A DNA stretch of 64,000 nt, from positions 1,739-65,738 of IMG/VR virus record IMGVR_UViG_3300005529_000008; one strand, 5' to 3'. Shown piece by piece: positions 9,488 to 18,067 of this stretch. The position numbers and the translations under genes were made by a program. The notes under the pieces are model-generated. The model worked only from the letters and a program-made list of their open reading frames with translations. It made no database searches and was not told the DNA's origin. Positions within the stretch are counted from its first letter, which is position 1; every line of letters starts with the position of its first letter. The DNA is from a virus. Taxonomy: Duplodnaviria; Caudoviricetes.

Positions 9488-9818
9488 TTGTCAATTCGAC
9501 AAATTCCATTTGCGAGAGCGTATGCGCGGAAATATGCGTGACGCTAAATTTCGGCAAATAGAACCAATACGTGCGCAATGACTGCGCGGGACTTTCTTTA
9601 TAATCGCGCTGGTCATCTTTGCGTAGCCACTGCGTCATACGTCGCTGCCACGTAAACTTGGCCCACGTCTGTTTCGCAAGTTTTTCCGCACGCAGCTCGT
9701 TGCAGAGGCTTACTAAATCGTGTAGTTCGCTTTTCGGCGCAGCGGTGGCAACTTTCGCGCCAAGACCTATCGCGTTTAAAATCTTCGTGAATAAATTTTG
9801 CGTTTGTTGCTGTTTCAC
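9471..9818 (-). CDS. hypothetical protein
   Basis: ORF coupled between the sigma factor and polA. Confidence 0.55.
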   Translation of the reverse strand: MKQQQTQNLFTKILNAIGLGAKVATAAPKSELHDLVSLCNELRAEKLAKQTWAKFTWQRRMTQWLRKDDQRDYKESPAQSLRTYWFYLPKFSVTHISAHTLSQMEFVELTNGAAR

Positions 9819-10453
9819 ACTACCTTCCTCCTCCTTGTAACCCGTGCCTTCTCTCCCGGCTTGCGTTCCAAAATCTCCCGCATCGCCTTGCGCGCTTTAA
9901 AAAGTTGTGATTTCGAATTTCCAATATGTCTACCGGCAATCCGCGCAATTTCCTTATGCTGTAAACCCGCGAGATCGTGCCACACGACTTCCTTGCAATA
10001 TCCGGGGGCCAGTTGCGAGATCGTGCGCTCAATATCGACCTTCGCGAGTGCGGCGCGTTGGTGCGTGTCTTCACGGCCCAGTAGATGTTCAATCTTCCTT
10101 ACTTGGCTGGGAAATATAAGTTCCTGCGCCAGGAAGGTATCTAGGTCTATTAGTCGTGCGCGGTCACTTTTACTACTGCGTAACTTCATCAAACAGCAAT
10201 TTGCCGCGAGTCGAAAGAGCCATGTTGTGAACGCTGACTCTCCGCGAAATAGGTGTAACTTGAGCCGTAATCGTAGGAAAGTATCTTGCGACGCATCTTC
10301 GCGGTCCTCCTGCGATACGGGGAAGAATTTCCAACAAACGCCGCGTATTAATGGGGCATATTTAGCGTGAAACGTACGCCACGCATCTTCTTCCCCCGCT
10401 ACGCAGCGTTTTAATAGCGCGGTGGTTTCGGCAGCTTTCGCGTTGCGCTTCAC
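9815..10453 (-). CDS. ECF (group 4) sigma-70 family sigma factor
   Basis: region 2 EDASQDTFL...FRGESAFTTWLFRLAAN; region 4 LAPGY....HDLAGL.HKEIA....IGNSKSQL.KAR. Confidence 0.9.
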   Translation of the reverse strand: MKRNAKAAETTALLKRCVAGEEDAWRTFHAKYAPLIRGVCWKFFPVSQEDREDASQDTFLRLRLKLHLFRGESAFTTWLFRLAANCCLMKLRSSKSDRARLIDLDTFLAQELIFPSQVRKIEHLLGREDTHQRAALAKVDIERTISQLAPGYCKEVVWHDLAGLQHKEIARIAGRHIGNSKSQLFKARKAMREILERKPGEKARVTRRRKVV

Positions 10454-10713
10454 AGGCCCAGCTCTCTTCGAAGGCGTTGGACGGTACTTTTACGGAGGAG
10501 TGTACAGCCGATTTGAATTGCGCCGGTTTTGAGAAAAGTTACCTTACTAAAGTTGCAAGTCATATTTGGAGAGAAATAACCGTAACCCAATCGCACCTTC
10601 GTATCGCAACCGTTCTTCAAAATTCTCCTCGCAGTGCGGCAGAGAATCCAATAGCCGAGATCGTCACAGTCATATCTCGTCTCTCCTATCCTCCCGCTAA
10701 CTATCTTAATCAT
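10450..10713 (-). CDS. hypothetical protein
   Basis: GGGGAGGGG RBS; TTGACT/TAAAGT promoter upstream at about 10735-10763. Confidence 0.6.
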   Translation of the reverse strand: MIKIVSGRIGETRYDCDDLGYWILCRTARRILKNGCDTKVRLGYGYFSPNMTCNFSKVTFLKTGAIQIGCTLLRKSTVQRLRRELGL

Positions 10714-10902
10714 ATCCCCTCCCCCTCGTAGCGACTTTACCCGTTTTGTTCTGGGTAGTCAAGTGTATTTTTTCCCGCACAGCGCATTGTCGTTAGAGAA
10801 TTAACTTCCCGTGAGCACGAAACGGGAGAAACAGTAAAAACCCCGCTTGTATAGCTTTATAACCACAATACGCTCACTGTTCGCCTTCGGACGCGAGAAA
10901 AG

Positions 10903-11172
10903 TTACTTTGCGTTCCCGAAGTGTAAATCGCCGTCAAGATATGCAATACATACCGCAGCGAGTTGTAACACTTCTTTGCGCTTTTCTTCGGAGGATAGTG
11001 CTTGGCACACAGCTCGGCAAATCTCCCCAAACTCTTCTCCCATTATCGCGACGGCCTCCGAGTCGGTTGCGAGAGGTTCGTGTCCGAATTTCTGGCGCTG
11101 GCGAAAACGCTCATCGTCTAGAGCTTCCGCCGTTTCATGCTGGATCGTTGATAACATCAGTGGGTATCCCAT
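10903..11172 (-). CDS. MazG-like all-alpha NTP pyrophosphatase
   Basis: IMGEEFGEIC.A...KEVLQLAAV pattern. Confidence 0.6.
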   Translation of the reverse strand: MGYPLMLSTIQHETAEALDDERFRQRQKFGHEPLATDSEAVAIMGEEFGEICRAVCQALSSEEKRKEVLQLAAVCIAYLDGDLHFGNAK

Positions 11173-12184
11173 TTTCGTTCTCCTTTTCTTGAACTACTTT
11201 CGCCTTGCGCTCTTTCTTGGGCGGGGTAAGTTTCGCAAGTATCTCACGCATCAGTGAATTTTTTACCGCCAAGCCAAACCGAGGCATTCCTTGCCGCTCA
11301 ATCTCATCGTCCACGGCATTAAAAATACTCTCCGCAAGAAATTCCCTCGCAACCTCCGCTTTCGTTTTCTTCTTCTCCTTCGGCACCTTCGGCATCGCAG
11401 CTCTCCTCGCCTTTTCGGCTTTCGCGTTTAATTTCCCGATACGGTTCTCGTACCAGTTGTAGAACTCTTTACTAGTCCATTCATAGTGACCACGCCATCT
11501 CGACACATTATTCGCAAATCCCAAAAACGTCTCACACGCGTGCCCACCCATTAGTAACAACACGCGCAAACCTTGCTTGGCGAAACACGCCACTTTTTCC
11601 AAGTCGGCTAAAATCAACGGTTCCCCGGAACTCGCGCCTTCTTTGAACAGCGAGGCGGGGTGCAACGTCACAACTATCACATCGGGCGCAAATTTGCCCA
11701 GCCCATCGCCAAGCCGATCATACTGGCGACACGCGGCCTGCGCGATATTCTTCTCGTTGCCGGTGGGATAGTTGTCGCCTTTTGCGGATTTAGGCGGGAA
11801 ACATCGAATTGAATTGCCGATAAAGCAATGCTCGCGCACAATTCCAGCTTGTTTCAATAAACGATTTAACACAGCGCCCGTCCGACCAACGACTGGCACG
11901 CCCCGGCTGCGCAATGGGCCAGGTATATCAGGAAACGCCGCGCTGCGCCGTAAAGCTTCCTCTTGCGCCTCCCGCACCGTACCTAGCACCTGGCGCGTTC
12001 CTAAATGCGCGGGCGGAGGTATCACAGAGAAATTCACCTCTTCCGCTGCGGGCGTTTCGAGCATAATTGCGATACGCGCCGTACTGGGATCGCCCACGTC
12101 CAGCGCAAAACCACGTCCCGTTTCGCACAAGGAACATGAGCTACAGGAATTAGGTCTTTGCAAGATCGGTAGAGAGGCGCTCAT
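11135..12184 (-). CDS. uracil-DNA glycosylase family 4-like protein (SPO1 polymerase-associated type)
   Basis: CxxCxL, GD..A.I....E.P..EE, G.PVVG.TG..L, N..RC.PP, TLHPA motifs. Confidence 0.8.
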   Translation of the reverse strand: MSASLPILQRPNSCSSCSLCETGRGFALDVGDPSTARIAIMLETPAAEEVNFSVIPPPAHLGTRQVLGTVREAQEEALRRSAAFPDIPGPLRSRGVPVVGRTGAVLNRLLKQAGIVREHCFIGNSIRCFPPKSAKGDNYPTGNEKNIAQAACRQYDRLGDGLGKFAPDVIVVTLHPASLFKEGASSGEPLILADLEKVACFAKQGLRVLLLMGGHACETFLGFANNVSRWRGHYEWTSKEFYNWYENRIGKLNAKAEKARRAAMPKVPKEKKKTKAEVAREFLAESIFNAVDDEIERQGMPRFGLAVKNSLMREILAKLTPPKKERKAKVVQEKENENGIPTDVINDPA

Positions 12185-12683
12185 TTCTCTAACCACCTTG
12201 CCAGCTTGGGATTATCCGATAAAATGCGCAACAACACCGGCGCGGACGGTTTAATAAACGCATCCTCGGTGTTATCTTGCGATATTGCCCGCCACCCTCT
12301 CGCGAGGCGATGTGCATCAGCTCGTGTAGTAGGCTAGTGCGCGTGCTCTCCTCACCATACTCCTCTCGCGGTAGCCACACTTGAAAAGTCTCGAAGCCCG
12401 TATATGCTAGACAGCGATTCGTATCTAAATACGCCTGCGTGGTGTAGTGGGTTGTCCAACCAAACTTACCTGCGGCGAAGTAAAGGGGAGTATGGTCACG
12501 GGGAGGGGTGACTTCGGGCGCGGCCCAAGTGAAGCGAGGTAAGGTGAGGGTGAGTGTTGACAAAGACTCGTTGCTTGTTCCGACCGCTAAACGAGAATTC
12601 CCGTAACGTAGCTGATACGCGACATTAAATGAACCGAATAGAAGTAAAATTGCGAAAATCCAAACGCCATTATTTCGATTCAT
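12181..12683 (-). CDS. membrane-anchored HEXXH metallopeptidase-like protein, frameshifted near the 3' end
   Basis: N-terminal TM; TSLLHELMH; a shift at about 12283 restores EDAFIKPSAPVLLRILSDNPKLARWLEK* with an ATGA overlap into the next gene. Confidence 0.6.
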
Positions 12684-12697
12684 CTCAATCTCCCCCT

Positions 12698-12727
12698 AAA
12701 AACTCGGCCCCCAGTTACGAGGGCCGC
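12698..12727 (-). terminator. intrinsic terminator
   Basis: CGGCCC...GGGCCG hairpin with an AAAA run (U-tract on the minus strand) after the SSB-like gene. Confidence 0.5.
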
Positions 12728-12761
12728 GTGGTTTCATATTGCGTACCGAACGGCGCCGAAC

Positions 12762-13490
12762 TTACTCCCACTTCAACAACACACCGCCTTTTCTCAACCG
12801 CGCCAGGAACTTCTCATCGTTGAGGGACGAGATAGGGTACAACGCGTTCACCTTCAACTGCCCGTCGAACTTCGGGTCGTCGTTCGCCTCCGGCTTACGG
12901 ACGATCACCACCTGCGTCCCGGCCAGAACGGCGTTCAAATTCGAAACGTACTCCTCGGGGTTCTTTGGAGAGGATAGGCCCAGCGAGGCCAGGGTGCGCC
13001 CCTCTTCTGCCGCCGCCTGCACCGCGACCTGTACAAGACCATTTTTCTTCGAATTGAAGAAATTCCGCGCATACGCCTGGTCGGCGCTCTGCTTCTTACC
13101 GGGCGGCGGTTCCTTGCTCAGCTTGGTGTTGTCGAAATGTCCCCCGGCCCAGCACGGTGCGTCGGACGAGAAAATATCCTGTGGTCCCCAGATGATTTGT
13201 TGAAAGCCCCGGTTTTCTACCCCAGTGTCGTGCGACTTACATTGGATCACCAGTCCCACGGTCCCGGTCTGCGCGGTGGTGGTGGCGACACTGACTATCT
13301 CGCCCCGGTGTGCGTCGGCCTGTTGCGGGTCGAGCTTACCCTCCCCGCCAAACCCAGTGTCGTCGGTTGTTGTTGTGGACGCGTCGCCACCGTCGCCCTC
13401 GAACGTCGCGCCCGTTTCAGCCGGTGTGTTGCCTAAAACCTCCTCAACGCTCCCGACTTCGTTCTGATCGATCGTAAAAGTCTCTTCCAT
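12762..13490 (-). CDS. putative single-stranded DNA-binding protein
   Basis: acidic disordered N-terminus; OB-fold-like pattern (GEIVSV..TTAQTGTVGLVI); located in the AAA/exonuclease recombination module. Confidence 0.45.
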   Translation of the reverse strand: MEETFTIDQNEVGSVEEVLGNTPAETGATFEGDGGDASTTTTDDTGFGGEGKLDPQQADAHRGEIVSVATTTAQTGTVGLVIQCKSHDTGVENRGFQQIIWGPQDIFSSDAPCWAGGHFDNTKLSKEPPPGKKQSADQAYARNFFNSKKNGLVQVAVQAAAEEGRTLASLGLSSPKNPEEYVSNLNAVLAGTQVVIVRKPEANDDPKFDGQLKVNALYPISSLNDEKFLARLRKGGVLLKWE

Positions 13491-13561
13491 ATTTCTCCTT
13501 TTGAACTACGCCACTATCGGGGGCGAGGCCGGTTGATTTTGTGTAGTGAGATCGTGCCGCG

Positions 13562-13747
13562 TTAGTATCCGTGCGCTGCGTCGATATCCTCCGAGGTGCC
13601 GGCGCAGGTTCCGGGGGTGATTGTTGGCGCGGTTGTGCTGGTCGTCGTCGTGGTATTACGCCGCGTATACTTCCGTTTCATCTTCGCGCCCGCCGCCACC
13701 TTCATCGCGCTTTTCTTTCCCTTCGTCGCTTTCTTTTTCGTTGCCAT
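13562..13747 (-). CDS. small Lys-rich (histone-like) protein
   Basis: MATKKKATKGKKSAMK; AAGGAG RBS; TTGACA promoter at about 13770-13798. Confidence 0.55.
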   Translation of the reverse strand: MATKKKATKGKKSAMKVAAGAKMKRKYTRRNTTTTTSTTAPTITPGTCAGTSEDIDAAHGY

Positions 13748-14003
13748 GTTGCGTTTTCTCCTTATTTGAATTTACGTGCGTGTTTCGAAAATGTCAAGTT
13801 TTATTACAGAAATTGTGCTAAATACCCCGCACACGCTCCCACCACAGCACATCCGTCCCCGGCACTAAATTCCGATTGACCGAGGTACTTTGGCCATGCC
13901 TTTTCCCGCGCCGCAGTCAATGGAGTGAATCGCGTACATATTTTATCGGGAACGCTCCATCCGATCGCTACCTTTTAACGCCGAACTACGTAAAATTAAA
14001 ACT

Positions 14004-14123
14004 AAAAAGGGCCGAGCCGTGGCAGGCCGTTGGCTGTTTATCCTAACGTCCCACCCATTAGACACCGCACCCTACACGGCGTAATTTTGCTCTCACGAGT
14101 CCTGGTAAAAGTCGCTGGCCCTT
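14004..14123 (-). ncRNA. candidate structured non-coding RNA
   Basis: closing stem 14007-14013/14117-14123; inner stem 14016-14021/14075-14080; further hairpins; 3' U-tract; no ORF. Confidence 0.4.
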
Positions 14124-14146
14124 GGTCGTGGTTCTCTCCGGCGTAA

Positions 14147-14491
14147 CTAAAACGGTAGATCCTCTTCAATTTCCTTGATCGACGCGCCCTCGACCGTGTA
14201 CTCGTTTTTTAGCTCTTCCATGCGCGCATGGACTTCGTACTTCTCTTTGAACGTCTCACGACGCTCCCCGATAAGAGGTAAAGTATAAATTAACTCTTGT
14301 TTCTTCACCTTCTCAGGCGGTGCGATGGTTTCAGCGGCGAGGTCGCTATAACCATTTTTACGAACACGAAGGATATTTCCCTTGGCATCGGTAATGGTCA
14401 CAGAGATAAGGTACTTATCGACGACATCGAACGTGACCGCCACACCTTCCAAGGTAATTTCCGTGGGCGATTTTATCGTTTGAAATTTCAT
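14147..14491 (-). CDS. hypothetical protein
   Basis: GGAG RBS; own TTGACA promoter; ends EEDLPF (SSB-tail-like). Confidence 0.65.
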   Translation of the reverse strand: MKFQTIKSPTEITLEGVAVTFDVVDKYLISVTITDAKGNILRVRKNGYSDLAAETIAPPEKVKKQELIYTLPLIGERRETFKEKYEVHARMEELKNEYTVEGASIKEIEEDLPF

Positions 14492-15013
14492 TTTTGGTTC
14501 TCTCCAGAACGTTGTAATGTTGTGCTACCGCTAATCTACTTCCACAATACGAACCTTGTCAAGTCTTTTTTGCGCGGTTTGAGAACTATTTTTACCGGGC
14601 GCGGTAACCAGGCTATGAAGTTGGCGCTCGCCCCGCGCAAGGTGCGCCGCGACCGGCTTGAGCACATCTCGCGTTACGATCACGCCGGCTTCGTATATTG
14701 CGGTGATAAGTGCGCCTGTCATACGAGCTGCCCCACATAGCGCCACCAACGCCAACCTACACGCTACCACCAACGGCGTGGGCGTATCCAACCAACTACC
14801 GCGCGGCAACCCACCCTCCGTTTCCCCTTCTCTCCGTACTGTCATACGTCTCTCCTTCCTTCGACTTATGCCACATGGTTGCAGAATTTACACTGGTACG
14901 CGGTTAGCGGGAAGAGGCTGGGCGTTCGTGCAATGCTGATCTCACACGCCGCTTGTGTGTCGAACCGCCGCTTTCGTAAACATGCCACATCGCGTTCGGT
15001 CACCAGCGGCCCC

Positions 15014-15997
15014 CTATTTCTTCACCGAACCCTGCGACATCCGCACTTTTTTCCAAATCGCGGCCAGATCCAAATTTTCCTCTTTTTCTAGCACGCCCTT
15101 CCCGATGTCCAGAAAGTCAATCTTCGTCTTTCCGTACACGGTGCGTTTCTTGCTGCGCATATCCTTTGGGCCACCAGGGCCTTCGTACTGATATGTGAAT
15201 TCCGTATCCTGCGTGATGAGCTTGAGTTTCTTCTTATCGATGTAGAAAACGAACTCGAAATCGGACATGATCATTTCTAGCATCGCCGGAGGCAGCCACG
15301 GGCCGTAAATTTCCTCATCCGGTGCGCGGGGAGAGTCTTTCGACTTCGCCAGGGCTGTGAGTCCGAAATTATACGGCTTCCACAGTGTATTTTTCAACAA
15401 TACCTCGCGCAACTCTTTCCCCGCGTTCCCATACGTTTTCATCTGGTTCGTATGTTCGTTGGAATCGAGCAGCATATTCACTGCTTCCGTCCCGTCGTCA
15501 AGTATCAATGTCCTACGGCGCTCGGGATCGGGCATCGCGCCCCAATCCGGCCACTCCGCTTCAGGATATTTCAACAACCACACAAGTTGCTCGGCGTTTT
15601 GAGCCACCGCGTAGTTATACCCGAGCTTCTTCAATGTGACCATCTGCTCGGGGTGACGGGTGCCGATGATGCGCACGTACTTCGGTTCGTCGAAACGAGC
15701 GGCGGTGGTGGTTTTCGTGGCGTTTGTTTCGCTGTACAGCACGAAACGGAAAAACCCGCTTTCCAAATCCCGCGTATTGCCCGAGATAATGCCTTTGGGA
15801 CGCGGTGGGACTTTCGCGACTGGCGCGGGGGGCGCAGCGGCCTTTACGAGCTGGGCGACCGTTTTGGGCGGGGTGGCTATTTGAGGCGCGGGAAGTTTGA
15901 CGGAACCGGCAACCGGCGCACCCGGCCCGCTCACCGGATTTGCCGAAACCGTACCGCCATTCACCACAACCTGCGGACCTTCTGGAACTTGGCTCAT
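15014..15997 (-). CDS. AAA_24/Sak4-like ATPase (recombinase module)
   Basis: VLYSETNATKTT (degenerate Walker A), TLILDD Walker B; next to SSB-like and exonuclease genes. Confidence 0.65.
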   Translation of the reverse strand: MSQVPEGPQVVVNGGTVSANPVSGPGAPVAGSVKLPAPQIATPPKTVAQLVKAAAPPAPVAKVPPRPKGIISGNTRDLESGFFRFVLYSETNATKTTTAARFDEPKYVRIIGTRHPEQMVTLKKLGYNYAVAQNAEQLVWLLKYPEAEWPDWGAMPDPERRRTLILDDGTEAVNMLLDSNEHTNQMKTYGNAGKELREVLLKNTLWKPYNFGLTALAKSKDSPRAPDEEIYGPWLPPAMLEMIMSDFEFVFYIDKKKLKLITQDTEFTYQYEGPGGPKDMRSKKRTVYGKTKIDFLDIGKGVLEKEENLDLAAIWKKVRMSQGSVKK

Positions 15998-16560
15998 TTG
16001 CTCTCCTTTTCCTTCAAACTTTCAACTCTCGCACGTTCGCGTTTCAGCCAGTTCTCAAAGCCGATTTCGGCATCTCCGACTGGCGGGTGATTGTTGATAT
16101 GCACCGCCGCCGTAAACAGCATCATCAACCACTCCCTGGCGTCGGAATGTAGTTCAAGGTTCGATAGCTGGTACACGCCCGCTCGCCCTTCAAACTCTCC
16201 CTCATACACCAACACCATATGACCAAGTTTGAATTTAGCGGAGATATCGCGCAGAAAGCTGACGAAAGATTCAACGCGCTCCTGTTGAGGGCGGGAGAGA
16301 TCAGGAACCGACCACGGCACGGTAGACGCCTCCTCATTCGGCAATCCCTGCTCCTCCTCCGCCTCCTTCACCGCCTTTTCCACACACGGCAGATCGTCGG
16401 GGTAGGTAGTTGGTATGGGTCGTGCGGTGGGACGATAGAAACTCGGATCAAGTTGGCTCTCGCGCTGTTCCGCCCGGCTTGGATACAACGGTAACTCACT
16501 CCCACCAGGATCGCCCTGTCGCTGTGCCGCTTTACGCTCTTGTTCATCATACTTGCTCAC
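15994..16560 (-). CDS. hypothetical protein
   Basis: AAGGAG RBS; coupled to the AAA gene. Confidence 0.6.
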   Translation of the reverse strand: MSKYDEQERKAAQRQGDPGGSELPLYPSRAEQRESQLDPSFYRPTARPIPTTYPDDLPCVEKAVKEAEEEQGLPNEEASTVPWSVPDLSRPQQERVESFVSFLRDISAKFKLGHMVLVYEGEFEGRAGVYQLSNLELHSDAREWLMMLFTAAVHINNHPPVGDAEIGFENWLKRERARVESLKEKESK

Positions 16561-16924
16561 GGTTTCTCTCCTTTATCTTTCAACACCCAAAACAATCCTC
16601 ACAACACTCATCATGACAATGCGAAGCCGAATATGCGCCCGCCAAACGCGCCTTCGCATCTGCTGCATCACAATCATCGTGACGGTTGCAGCTACGCACG
16701 CTCTCATCTGGCGTCTCCTGTGTTGGCGATTCTAACTGCCTCGCCTCGCTGTGCCACACCCAATCGCGGTTTATGTTGGAAAGGGTCATTTTGCGCACCC
16801 AATTAAAGCAGCGGCAATAGTAAAACCAATCGCGAAAGCTAAACCGGCCCAAAACCAAATGTCCGCAGATGTATACCGCACGGGCCGTTTTTCTTCTTCA
16901 TGCCCGCCACAATTCCACATCGCG

Positions 16925-17605
16925 CTACCTCCTCGCCAACGGCGCTAGCCCCGCCGCCACTTTCACAATACTCCACGCCGCGCCGAAGATCAAGGATTTT
17001 TTCGTGGGGTTGAGGGTGTGGTGGAGGGACTTGTCCGCGTCTGCTGACATCGCTTCGAGATGCGTCGCCACGCCGTCCACATGCGCTAGGGTCTTATTGG
17101 CGTTTTCCGTCGCATCAGCTAGCGCGGTCAAGGCGCGCGGAATATCAGGATTATCGGCAAGCTTTCCCGTTTTATCAACGGTCTCACGCAGGCTGGTAAG
17201 TAGTGCGGGAACGGGCGCGAGAGACGTTTGTAAACTCTGTACAACGCCGTGCAAATCATCGGACACCCGCACTATCTGTCCCTGCGCGACTGGTACCGCC
17301 GCGAGAACTTGCTTGTCCAACCGCAATAAAAAATCATGCTGCTCTTGCGAAACGCGCCGTGCTTGGTCGGCCGCGAGACCGGTTTGCAATAAAATTGCGT
17401 TCACGTTCTGCAACGTGCCATCCACTTTCTCCTGGTTATGTTTGACGACAGCAGCGAGAGAATTCGATAATTCTACCCGCGCCGCCGTCACTCCTAACTG
17501 GGCGCGATTTGTCAAATTGACAACTTGGCGATATGTGAGAATCGCCAACACGATCAACGTGACGTACCAAGCGGCGCGCAGGCATTGAACGATTTTCTCT
17601 GACAT
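16925..17605 (-). CDS. membrane-anchored coiled-coil protein
   Basis: N-terminal TM, long heptad helix, hydrophobic C-terminus; GAGGAGG RBS. Confidence 0.65.
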   Translation of the reverse strand: MSEKIVQCLRAAWYVTLIVLAILTYRQVVNLTNRAQLGVTAARVELSNSLAAVVKHNQEKVDGTLQNVNAILLQTGLAADQARRVSQEQHDFLLRLDKQVLAAVPVAQGQIVRVSDDLHGVVQSLQTSLAPVPALLTSLRETVDKTGKLADNPDIPRALTALADATENANKTLAHVDGVATHLEAMSADADKSLHHTLNPTKKSLIFGAAWSIVKVAAGLAPLARR

Positions 17606-17625
17606 GTTCCCTCCTCTAAAAACTC

Positions 17626-17934
17626 GGGGGTCGGCGCGGGCTATGGTGAACTTTTACCCGCGCCTTATGCTTAACCGGACTTCGCTCCACTCCGCGCACT
17701 CACCAACAGCGCGGCTAGATTATCATGACGAATTGACCGGTGTTTACCCCCACGCAACTCGAAAATTAAGAGGCATATCCGGGCGCTAGTCAGCGGGGCT
17801 AATACCCTCCCAGCCACTTTTCGGTCCATCGCGCAGGTCTCGCGACCCTTCGCAACTTCAACCCTAGACTAACGTTCCGCGCTAAAACGGGCCGGATATG
17901 CCCGGAGGGCCGTACACACCCACACTTGCGGCCC
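17626..17934 (-). ncRNA. candidate structured ncRNA(s) downstream of a tRNA-like element
   Basis: perfect 11-bp stem 17772-17782/17892-17902; nested stems in 17626-17751 with complementary loops TGGTGA/TCACCA. Confidence 0.55.
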
Positions 17935-17939
17935 AAAGT

Positions 17940-18057
17940 TGGCCCCCGGACTTGGAGTCGAACCAAGCTATTCTCTTTCGAGTGAGCTGACCGTAGCTCT
18001 TATTTACACGAAAATCTTAAAGGTGCGACCTTCACTCGTAATCGTGCGTAACCGGGG
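17940..18057 (-). tRNA. tRNA-like RNA (118 nt, non-canonical)
   Basis: CCCCGG/CCGGGG acceptor, G discriminator + CCA; CTTGG-TTCGACT-CCAAG T-arm; greatly enlarged D region; 6-nt loop in the anticodon-position hairpin. Confidence 0.55.
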
Positions 18058-18067
18058 AAACTTTTAT

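Noticed and set aside
13805-13975. Short open frame upstream of the Lys-rich gene
   Set aside because: No usable start codon or RBS found; cannot be supported as a CDS
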